This document shows positions 6,987-14,992 of a stretch of DNA of 16,976 nucleotides, piece after piece. Source of the stretch: Abditibacteriaceae bacterium (GTDB lineage Bacteria > Armatimonadota > Abditibacteriia > Abditibacteriales > Abditibacteriaceae). Position 1 is the stretch's first letter; every line of letters begins with the position of its first letter. The stretch covers positions 1-16,976 of the forward strand of contig JANMKN010000131.1 in the NCBI GenBank assembly GCA_031372065.1. The letters are read 5' to 3'. The notes under the pieces are model-generated. The model made no database searches. It worked only from the letters and a program-made list of their open reading frames with translations, and had not been told where the DNA came from. A program made the translations under genes and the position numbers.

Positions 6987-9464
6987 TTAGTGTGCGTCAT
7001 TTTGCGTCTTTAATTGCAACGTTTCGCGCGCGGCGGCGGCTACGGCAACGTTGGAATCTTCGGATAGGTAAGCCAAAATCTGTCGCGGCGCGCCCGCGTT
7101 GCGTGCCACGGCGAGGCGCTCCATCCAGCGACCTTGGAAAGCGGCCTTGCGCAGTATATCCTGCGCCGTTTCGGGATTGGAAAGGGCGCAAAGTCGCACG
7201 GTGACACCCTGACTGGTGGCAGCATCCTTCAGCATTTTCGCGCGGCGCGCAGTTTTTGCTTCAGCAGGTGTGTTCAGATTCTCTAAGGCGGCAAGGCGCA
7301 CTTTGGCGCTGGGATGTTGGGTTAATTCGGCCAAAAGCGCAGGCGGCGTGAGCGAATGTGCGGCGATAGAACCTAAAATCCCACTTGCTGCATTTTGTCG
7401 CGCGCGATGATAATCCGATTTTGCTGCCAATGCCAACTCAGCTCGCGCCGCCGCTTCCAATACTTCAGGTGTAACGGCCCAATAGTTCACGACTTGTTGG
7501 CGGATGAGGCGACTGTAATACCACTCTTTCTCTGGAAATTCCCATGCTTTGATTTGCAAGTCGGGAGGAAAAGCCAGCACCTCTTTGCCCCGTGCCCGTT
7601 CAAAGTTGCCATGATATATGAATGAGATTCGCGGATACCATCCTAAAAGTGGAATCAGAGCCTCCAGAACGGGACGCGTGAGTCTGTTATGATTTGCCAT
7701 ATCGTGCGCAATACTGGGAAAGCGTTCCAACAAAGTCAGGAACGCTTCATCAGGAACGAAATGATTATCAAAACCGTGACACATTCGTTTAGCTACATCA
7801 AGCGATAGTTCCTCTTTTGCCATTTGGATAAGAACATAACCGGGCGTTCGCTTGATTCCGGCTACTGCCGCGCGCACTTCGTCGCTCGGATCGCGCGATA
7901 GGCGCTCGAAAATCTCATCGGGAATGTCGCCTGCTAAAATCACGGCGACGCGAATATTGGGAGCTTCCGTATCGAGCAATGCCAAGCGCTCGGCGAGTGG
8001 CAGCTTCTCATTGCCCGCCGCACAATGCCGGACATAAGAATCGTTATCCCGTAAAAGCTGTCGCAATAGTTCCACGCTGGCAGAGGCACTTTGCGCGACG
8101 TTGGCACGTATGTGCGAATCGTTAAACGTGGCCGCTTCTGCAATGACTTCGTCCGGCACTGGCTCTTGATGAAATTGCTTACTTAACCACTCACGTCTTG
8201 CTTCTTTTGGTGTGAGTGGGGCATCTATGGCAGGGCACTCATCGTTTTCGTCATCGCGCTCACTCAATACCCGGTCAAAACGCACATAGCGATCAACTTT
8301 AATCGCTGGATTAACTGTTGTGCTATGGCGAACGTGCCATTCTACATCTTTTGACAAAGTGAGCAGGACATCACGCGGGCAATCGCGACGGCGGGCGATT
8401 TTAGAACGCACATCCTCATCGGCGTCCTTGGCTAACAAACGCAGCGTCGCTTCATCTGCTGCACGATTACGCGCTACGCTGAAACGCACGTCCTTGTGGG
8501 CATCAGAAGCCAAGCGCGCCAATGCCTGAATTGGGCAAGCGCTGTTTACCGCCACCGCCTCGCGCACGGCGGCGGAAGCATCCGCAGATAACTGTTCAAG
8601 TAAGCCCGACGGGCATTGTTTATTTTTTGCGACGGCTTTGCGCAATGCAGCATGGCCGGTTGAGGCCAAAGAAATCAAAGTTTGCGGTGGAGTGGAGGAG
8701 TTTTCTGCCACGCAACGACGCACAATGTCTGCTTGATGTAGTTCGGCCAGTTCTATCAGCGATTCGGGAGGTGTATTCGGATGGCGCGCTGCCAACTTGC
8801 GCGCGAAGGGGCCACCCTGAGCCAAGGCGACGAGTTTTTCCGGCGCCATGTCGGCTTTGCCTTTGCCAACACATTGCAGGGACGGATCCGCGCCCGCTTC
8901 GCGCATCCATAACACGCGTTCGCGCAATGGTTCAGCATCCGGTAGGGCACGAAGTGCTGTTCGCGCATACCCGCGCAAGCTGCCCACGGCACATTCCAAA
9001 GCAGCTTCCACAATCCAGTGCGGTGCCAGCCCTGAAGCCAGCAGTTCAGCCAAAGCCGCGCTGCCGGTGAGTGGCAATTCCGGCAGCGTGGCTTTATCTG
9101 CGACAGCGCCATTCGCTCGGTGCAGTCGCACACCTTCACGAATTTCGGCGTTGGAATGGCGCATCAGCGGCGGCAGAAATTCACGCGGCGGGTTTTCCAG
9201 TTTGAGAATCTGCCGCAGTGCCACAACGGGGAATTCAGCGGGCAGACCGGGGTTTTCCAGCAGCAGCAGCGGCAACACCGGATTGCGCAGCACAGATTCC
9301 CAACACCAGCGCGCCACATAGAGTAGCACATCGGTAGGCGCGTTCGGATTTTGGGCCACAAGACGCCCTATGTAACCCCGAAAGCGTGATAACTCACGCA
9401 ACCGCTCCGGTGTCGTCTCAGGATTCGTTGCTTCCTTGTGCAAATTATCATAGTAATCACTCAT
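6987..9464 (-). CDS. LRV/HEAT-like helical repeat protein (paralog 2)
   Basis: 825 aa. Repeats of type VRxAVAxNxxTPxxxLxxLAxD; N-terminal ATNPETTPERL...VAQNPNAP...NPVLPLLLLENP. ATGA overlap with paralog 1. Confidence 0.88.
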   Translation of the reverse strand: MSDYYDNLHKEATNPETTPERLRELSRFRGYIGRLVAQNPNAPTDVLLYVARWCWESVLRNPVLPLLLLENPGLPAEFPVVALRQILKLENPPREFLPPLMRHSNAEIREGVRLHRANGAVADKATLPELPLTGSAALAELLASGLAPHWIVEAALECAVGSLRGYARTALRALPDAEPLRERVLWMREAGADPSLQCVGKGKADMAPEKLVALAQGGPFARKLAARHPNTPPESLIELAELHQADIVRRCVAENSSTPPQTLISLASTGHAALRKAVAKNKQCPSGLLEQLSADASAAVREAVAVNSACPIQALARLASDAHKDVRFSVARNRAADEATLRLLAKDADEDVRSKIARRRDCPRDVLLTLSKDVEWHVRHSTTVNPAIKVDRYVRFDRVLSERDDENDECPAIDAPLTPKEARREWLSKQFHQEPVPDEVIAEAATFNDSHIRANVAQSASASVELLRQLLRDNDSYVRHCAAGNEKLPLAERLALLDTEAPNIRVAVILAGDIPDEIFERLSRDPSDEVRAAVAGIKRTPGYVLIQMAKEELSLDVAKRMCHGFDNHFVPDEAFLTLLERFPSIAHDMANHNRLTRPVLEALIPLLGWYPRISFIYHGNFERARGKEVLAFPPDLQIKAWEFPEKEWYYSRLIRQQVVNYWAVTPEVLEAAARAELALAAKSDYHRARQNAASGILGSIAAHSLTPPALLAELTQHPSAKVRLAALENLNTPAEAKTARRAKMLKDAATSQGVTVRLCALSNPETAQDILRKAAFQGRWMERLAVARNAGAPRQILAYLSEDSNVAVAAAARETLQLKTQNDAH

Positions 9465-12028
9465 GTCAGTGGCTCCTCAACTTCATCGGGCGCATCAAGC
9501 GCCGCTAACGTTTCGCGCGCTGCCGCTGCCACGGCGACGTTGGAATCGTCGCGTAATTCTTCCAAAATTTCGCGCGGTGCGCCCGTATTGCGCGCCACCG
9601 CGAGGCGTTCCATCCAGCGGCCTTGTTTGATGGCTTTGCGCAAGAGTTTTACATCGGCTTCAAGGCTGCTCAAGGCGCATAAGCGCACAGTGGCGCTTTG
9701 GCTGGAAGCGGCTTGGGGCAACAATGCTTTACGTCGCGCGGTTTTGGAACGGGTCGGCGTGTGCGGGTTATCCAACGCCGCCAAACGCACTTGGGGGCTG
9801 GAATGGCGCGTTAATTTCGACAGCAGCGATGGCGGCGTGCGCGGATGGCTGGCAACAATGCCCAGAACGCCGTCCGCCCAGCTTTGGCGGCGCTGCCACG
9901 AGGCACGTCGCTTGGCTTCTTGCTGTTGGAGTCGCGCGATTTCGACGATGGCTTCGGGCGTAATGGCCCAATATCTAAGAGCCGTTAAATGCAAACGCCG
10001 TTGCCAGTGATATTCTTCTTCCGGCAGTTCACAGATTTTTAAAATCGTCTCGGTAGGCCACGGCGTAAGAGTGCGCTTGCGGTAACCATGCGCGAACGAT
10101 TGATGCCAGAATAATCCCCGACGTTGCGAGGAGTTTAAATGCGGTAGTAGCACTTCCACGATGGCCGGCGTAAGATGGTCATAGTTCGAAATGCGGTCAG
10201 CTAAATCGGGCATCCGTTCCAAGACAGTCAGAATCACGACATCGGACACGCGTTGGTCGAACGAGATTTCGTAGAGAGCAGAGAACATATGTTGTAAAAC
10301 GCTTTTCTCCGTTTCCTCGCGTGCCATGCGCAAACGAACTTCATTCGGTGTGAAGCGACTGCCCGCGACGCGCAAGCGCAGCCACTGGTTTTCGTCACGC
10401 GACATGACATCGAAGACTTCATCCGGCATATCACCGGCTTCTATGGCTTCGGCGCGCACCGAAGCACTTTCATCCGCGCAAAGTTGCAGGCGCAGTTCGC
10501 GTGGCAAGAGCGGGTTCCGCGCTATCGAAGAGCGCACCTGCCGATCTTCATCGTGCAGGCGCGAAGCTAACATTTCTGGCGTCAGTTGCTTGTCGTAACT
10601 GGCGATGCGCCGAATTTTGGCACTGGGGTGCGCCAGTGCTTCGCGCAGAATTTCCATCGGCACCGGCTTGGCCCTAACCACATGGAGCATACGCGCCTTT
10701 TCTAATTCTTCGGGCGTGGGCGGCGCATCCATCGGTTTGAGCGAGGCATTCGTGTCCTCCCAATCCCGAAAAGCTTTATCCAAGACACGCTGCCTGTAGA
10801 TTTCGCTATCACCCGGCGCTGTCGGATTTTCGGCAGCTCTCACTGCCACCAAAAACTCTTTATCCGCCATCAATTTGAAAAGCAAATCCTTTGGGCAATC
10901 GCGCCGCTTGGCGATGGTTTCGCGCACGCCATCATGAGCGTCTTGCGCCAGCACGCGCAGGGTCGCTTCGTCCGAACGGGAATTGCGCGCTAAGATTTCC
11001 CGCACATCGTGATACGGATCGGACGCCAAGCGTGCCAAAGTGCCCGCCGCGCTGCCGCGATGCGCCGCCACGCTACAGCGCACCTCCATCGAAGCATCGC
11101 CCGCCAACTGATCGAGTAAGGCCGAGGAGCAACTTTTATTTTTCGCGACGGCTTTGCGCAGCACCGTATTCCCGGTGGCGGCCAGCGAGATGAGCGTTGC
11201 GGAAGGCGTGCTGGGATTGGTCGCCGCGTAGCGCCGCGCGATTTTGTCTTGATGCAATTCGGCTAATTCCGACAAAATCGCGGGCGGCGTGTTGGGATGT
11301 TTGGCGGCCAACTGGCGCGCAAACGGCCCGCCGCGCGCCAGCACAGCGAGCCGTTCGGGAAGCATGGCTTGATTGGCCTTCGTGATATATTGCAAATGCG
11401 CATCGGCACCGGCTTCTTGCAACCACGCCACGCGCTCTTGCAATGCGGCATCGCCGAGGCGTTGCACAGCGGGCAAGGCATGACGACGCAGCGTGCCCGA
11501 CGCCGATTCAAGAGCCGATTGCACAATCCAACGCGGCGCCAAGTCCATCGCCACCAGTTCGGCCAACGCCGCGCCGCCGTGAATCGGCACATCGGGTAGC
11601 GTAACGGGCGCAGGTTCACCGCTTTGGCTGCTCCGATTCCCTCGATTGGCGCGATGCAAACGCGCCGCTTCGCGGATTTCGAGGTTCGGATGGCGCACCA
11701 GTGGCCCAAAAAACTCGCGCGGCGGCTCTGCCATTTGCAAAATCTTGCGGAGCGCCAACACGGGAAACTCCGCTGGCAAACCGGGATTTTCGAGCATCAG
11801 CAAGGGCAAAACCGGATTATTTAACACTTCCTGCGTATAGTTTCCTGCCAGCCACAGGAGAATGTATTCCGGTGTATTGGGATTCGACGCGACGGCCCGT
11901 TGCACGCGCCGTCCCCAACTCGCCAGCCAGCGAAGTCGCTCTGGCGAAGTTTCAGGATTAGTGGCTTCGGCGACGAAATCGGCATCATCAAGAAAATAGT
12001 GCCTGCGCCGTCTTTTTTTTCTTGCCAT
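9461..12028 (-). CDS. LRV/HEAT-like helical repeat protein (paralog 1)
   Basis: 855 aa. Same repeat type and same N-terminal ATNPETSPERL...VASNPNTP...NPVLPLLMLENPGLPAEFPV block; shared C-terminus GRWMERLAVARN...DSNVAVAAAARETL. Confidence 0.88.
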   Translation of the reverse strand: MARKKRRRRHYFLDDADFVAEATNPETSPERLRWLASWGRRVQRAVASNPNTPEYILLWLAGNYTQEVLNNPVLPLLMLENPGLPAEFPVLALRKILQMAEPPREFFGPLVRHPNLEIREAARLHRANRGNRSSQSGEPAPVTLPDVPIHGGAALAELVAMDLAPRWIVQSALESASGTLRRHALPAVQRLGDAALQERVAWLQEAGADAHLQYITKANQAMLPERLAVLARGGPFARQLAAKHPNTPPAILSELAELHQDKIARRYAATNPSTPSATLISLAATGNTVLRKAVAKNKSCSSALLDQLAGDASMEVRCSVAAHRGSAAGTLARLASDPYHDVREILARNSRSDEATLRVLAQDAHDGVRETIAKRRDCPKDLLFKLMADKEFLVAVRAAENPTAPGDSEIYRQRVLDKAFRDWEDTNASLKPMDAPPTPEELEKARMLHVVRAKPVPMEILREALAHPSAKIRRIASYDKQLTPEMLASRLHDEDRQVRSSIARNPLLPRELRLQLCADESASVRAEAIEAGDMPDEVFDVMSRDENQWLRLRVAGSRFTPNEVRLRMAREETEKSVLQHMFSALYEISFDQRVSDVVILTVLERMPDLADRISNYDHLTPAIVEVLLPHLNSSQRRGLFWHQSFAHGYRKRTLTPWPTETILKICELPEEEYHWQRRLHLTALRYWAITPEAIVEIARLQQQEAKRRASWQRRQSWADGVLGIVASHPRTPPSLLSKLTRHSSPQVRLAALDNPHTPTRSKTARRKALLPQAASSQSATVRLCALSSLEADVKLLRKAIKQGRWMERLAVARNTGAPREILEELRDDSNVAVAAAARETLAALDAPDEVEEPLT

Positions 12029-12039
12029 GAGAAAATAAG

Positions 12040-12197
12040 CCCCTCACCCCTCCTGCCCAGAGGGCACCCGCGCTTCGCGGGGAGAGGGGTGTCTAAAGGC
12101 ATACGCTCCGAACTCTTTCAACCGGGCAAGAGCGTAATGCACCAGACACCCCTCTCCCCAGCGCAGCGGTCGGGGGAGAGGGGCCGGGGGTGAGGGC
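12040..12197. repeat. ~158-bp palindromic element: two inverted boxC-like units around a ~58-nt spacer
   Basis: Left unit CCCCTCACCCCTCC...GGGGAGAGGGG (~12040-12089); right unit CCCCTCTCCCCAGCGCAGCGGTCGGGGGAGAGGGGCCGGGGGTGAGGG (12149-12196). Spacer self-complementary (TGTCT/AGACA, GCATACGCTC/GAGCGTAATGC). Confidence 0.8.
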
Positions 12198-12214
12198 TGT
12201 GAGCAACGTAGTCG

Positions 12215-13195
12215 CTACGGTGCGGCCAGTCCGCTGTTGCGCTTGCCCTCGGCCACGGTGCGGCCTGTGGAATCGCGCAGTTCCACGTCGTCAACTTCGC
12301 CTGTCACCACGATATTGGGCACTTCGAGGCTTTGCATATTTCCTATGGGCGCGTAGGGAAAGGTCAGTTCGAGCGCGCCTTCTTTGAGAAAAACGCTGGC
12401 CACTGGCACATCGGCGGGCACCACGAACCACAACGTAATGCCGGTTAAGGTGGCTTGCCAGTTGAAATCAAACTTGGGCACATTGTCGCCGCCTTCCGAC
12501 GGAAAAATGCTCGGCAAACTGGCCGCCAGTGGCGTGTTGGGAAACGACAGGCGCACCGCGTTGGAATAGGATTGCAAACGCGCCACAATCGAATCGTCTT
12601 CGCGCAATTCGACGCTGACATCGCCGAATTTAGCCTCGCGCTCTGCGCGTAGGGCATTGAGTTTGGCGCTTTCCAAGGCGTCAATGGCGCGCGTTTTTTC
12701 CAAAATGAGGTCGTGTGCGTCCTGCAAATCGGCCAAAGTGAAGACACCCATCGTCATGGTGGCGGGTGGAGTTTTGGCCGCGTTGACGAGCGCCCAATGG
12801 TCTATAAAACGGTGCAAAATATCCAGATAATTGGCCGGATAAACCGCGCCGATATTGGGCACCGTGCTACCAAGAGAATGCTTGCCGCCCAAAAAAGTGC
12901 GCACCGCCGCTTTGTAATTCATCAGATAAAACCACACACCGGGCGGTTGGGTGTTGTCGGTGCCGAAAATCGCATCGCGTTCGGCGCGCAAGGTAGGCAA
13001 CTGGATTTCGACGGCACTGGTGATGTTCTCGCCGAGTGTGTGATATTCATCGAACAGGGCGAATAGTTCGGTTTGTCCGAAACCCGGTTCAATCATCAGT
13101 GGCGTAGCGGGTGGCAATTCGGCGTTGACCAGCGGATAATGGCCGCGAAACTCATTCATCACCGTGGTGCGCTCGGCTTCGTTCAAGCGTGGCAT
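12215..13195 (-). CDS. Hypothetical protein: two tandem ~115-aa helical modules plus a C-terminal beta-rich domain
   Basis: 326 aa, GAGGAG RBS 6 nt upstream. Internal duplication FRGHYPLVNA/FIDHWALVNA, LRAERDAIFG/LRAEREAKFG, YKAAVR/YSNAVR. Confidence 0.85.
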   Translation of the reverse strand: MPRLNEAERTTVMNEFRGHYPLVNAELPPATPLMIEPGFGQTELFALFDEYHTLGENITSAVEIQLPTLRAERDAIFGTDNTQPPGVWFYLMNYKAAVRTFLGGKHSLGSTVPNIGAVYPANYLDILHRFIDHWALVNAAKTPPATMTMGVFTLADLQDAHDLILEKTRAIDALESAKLNALRAEREAKFGDVSVELREDDSIVARLQSYSNAVRLSFPNTPLAASLPSIFPSEGGDNVPKFDFNWQATLTGITLWFVVPADVPVASVFLKEGALELTFPYAPIGNMQSLEVPNIVVTGEVDDVELRDSTGRTVAEGKRNSGLAAP

Positions 13196-13245
13196 GACAA
13201 ACTCCTCGTAACCTTGGATAAAATAGAAGACTTTTTGCCGGAGTC

Positions 13246-13309
13246 GGACACTTCATAATATGTCCCTGCGGGTCTCAAGATTTTCGACGGGACACGCTAC
13301 AAGGTGTCC
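13246..13309. promoter_or_regulatory. Two GGACA-N10-TGTCC inverted-repeat (operator-like) sites
   Basis: GGACA cttcataata TGTCC (13246-13265) and GGACA cgctacaagg TGTCC (13290-13309), 44 nt apart, 50-115 nt upstream of the 326-aa gene. Confidence 0.5.
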
Positions 13310-13369
13310 AAAAAGCGTCCGACAACGTAACACGAACCCTGGCAATAGGTCAACTGGTGTTTATTATTA

Positions 13370-13436
13370 TGGCGAAAAGGGGAGAGTTTTGGCAGGCAAA
13401 AATCCACTTTTTCTGCCAAAACGCCCTTTCGAGCCA
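13370..13436. repeat. Imperfect hairpin
   Basis: Perfect 10-bp GTTTTGGCAG (13386-13395) / CTGCCAAAAC (13413-13422), extended imperfectly by TGGCGAAAAGGG / CCCTTTCGAGCCA. Confidence 0.55.
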
Positions 13437-13479
13437 ATTATTTCCCGATTTTCACTCCCCAAACGCCCAAAATTCCGCC

Positions 13480-13790
13480 CAAAACGCCTCGCATCGCCCA
13501 CAATTTGTCTGTGACGCCGCACAATCTGCCTGTGACACCACACGAGACCTTTGGTATGGCGCACGAGACGATTAGGACGGCACACGAGACGTTTGGTATC
13601 GCGCACGAGACGCCTGTGATGGCAGACAATTTCAAATTGTGCGCCGTCCCAACCGTCTCGCGCGCCGTCCCAACCGCCTCGCGCCTCATCACAGACAACT
13701 TGCGCGCCCTACCAAACCCATCGCGCCCCATCCCAACCACCTCGTGTGCTACCCCAAACGATATGCGAGCGATACCAGCCATTATGCCCA
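13480..13790. repeat. Head-to-head (palindromic) array of degenerate 21-nt repeats
   Basis: Left arm has 6-7 units (e.g. ACGAGAC-GTTTGGT-ATCGCGC); right arm has ~7 units of the reverse complement (e.g. GCGCCGT-CCCAACC-GTCTCGC); centre ACAATTT-C-AAATTGT at 13626-13640. Confidence 0.85.
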
Positions 13791-13873
13791 CCGCGCTACC
13801 CAATTATGCCAACTTATTTTTTAATGTGTAGCAAAAACGTATCACACGCCAAGCCGCGGCCAAAAGGAAACTA

Positions 13874-14983
13874 TTAAAATCGGCCTATTAATGATTGGGG
13901 CGGCTTTTCTTTGCCGCCATCAGTGCGAAGGGCCTTAACAACACTTTCAAATTGTGCCTCAAACTTGCTGTTATCATTTTCCCAGCCGGTAAAATCAGCA
14001 GCCAATCGTGAGCGCACTTGGTCAGCTTTGCCATCTTGCCATTGGAATAAATAACCATCAATATTCAAAGGGATAAGCGCCAACACTTTTTTGTTGTATT
14101 GTTTCTGCAACTGCTGTTCTTTCACAAAGGCTTTGTTGATTTCGTTATTTACCCACCAACTGCGCAACGACGCTTCCGAACAACAAAGTAACACCTTATC
14201 CCACAAGCGAATGCCTTCATCTACCACATCGAAAATGTTATCGCCGGGATTGAGTTGATGTTCATCCAACCAACAACGAATGCCGCGTCCTTGTAATTGG
14301 TCATGTAAACGACGCGCAAACGGTTTGTCTGCATGACTGTAGGAAATGAAACAGGAATAAAATTGAATTGGTTGATTAGTAAATGAAGGAAGATAGGTAA
14401 TCAAGTCTTCTGGCACACCACAACCGCGCCAAAATACATTAGGGACTTTGCCATAATTATAAATCAATGTTTCTATATCAAGGTTAGAAGGTTGTATATG
14501 CCTAACTTCGTTTAATCCGTTTGCGTTCTCAAAATCAAGTCCAGCTAAAATAGTCGATCCCAATCGTGTATCATTCCACTGGCTGGTGGCAAGAGGAAGA
14601 CTCTTTAGAGTCGCAAATCGAAAATCTACTCCCCGAAAATCTACTCCTGTGCATTGTGACCACGCAATTTGTGCGCCCTGAAAATCCACTCCTCGAAAAA
14701 CGGCATCTGTGCATACCGTTCCGATCAAGAAAGATACGGGAAGTAGTGAACCAGTAAAATCACTTTTTGTGAGGTTTGCTCCCTCAAGTTGCACGTTCTT
14801 CAAAGTAGCGCGGCATACATTTGCTCCAGATAAGTCAGCATTACGAAAGTTGATGGCCTCAGCCTTCAAGTCGTCTAATGTTGCACCAGACAAATTAGGA
14901 TTGATCTTAACATTGTCTGCTCGCCATTGATTCCAAACATCAACGCCCTGCTTCAAAATTTCAACGTGTTCTGGATTTGCCAT
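13874..14983 (-). CDS. Pentapeptide-repeat + TIR (TIR_2-type) domain protein
   Basis: MANPEHVEILKQGVDVWNQWR N-terminus, A(D/N)LxG-type pentapeptide repeats, then FYSCFISYSHADKPFARRL...CWLD...SWWVNNEI (putative catalytic Glu). Visibly more AT-rich than flanking genes. Confidence 0.92.
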   Translation of the reverse strand: MANPEHVEILKQGVDVWNQWRADNVKINPNLSGATLDDLKAEAINFRNADLSGANVCRATLKNVQLEGANLTKSDFTGSLLPVSFLIGTVCTDAVFRGVDFQGAQIAWSQCTGVDFRGVDFRFATLKSLPLATSQWNDTRLGSTILAGLDFENANGLNEVRHIQPSNLDIETLIYNYGKVPNVFWRGCGVPEDLITYLPSFTNQPIQFYSCFISYSHADKPFARRLHDQLQGRGIRCWLDEHQLNPGDNIFDVVDEGIRLWDKVLLCCSEASLRSWWVNNEINKAFVKEQQLQKQYNKKVLALIPLNIDGYLFQWQDGKADQVRSRLAADFTGWENDNSKFEAQFESVVKALRTDGGKEKPPQSLIGRF

Positions 14984-14992
14984 AATCGTTCT

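Noticed and set aside
12040..12197. tRNA, intrinsic terminator or IS element
   Set aside because: No cloverleaf or TTCGA arm, no U-tract after the stems, no transposase or obvious target duplication; better treated as a dispersed palindromic repeat.
13480..13790. CRISPR array
   Set aside because: Units are contiguous degenerate 21-mers with no constant repeat/unique spacer alternation, orientation flips at the centre, and no cas genes are present.
13438..13831. ORFs 13505..13831 (+) and 13438..13803 (-) as real proteins
   Set aside because: Both read the same 7-aa pattern (xAHETxG) in their first halves, as expected from a period-21 palindrome with few stops. No RBS evident. Translation is not formally excluded.
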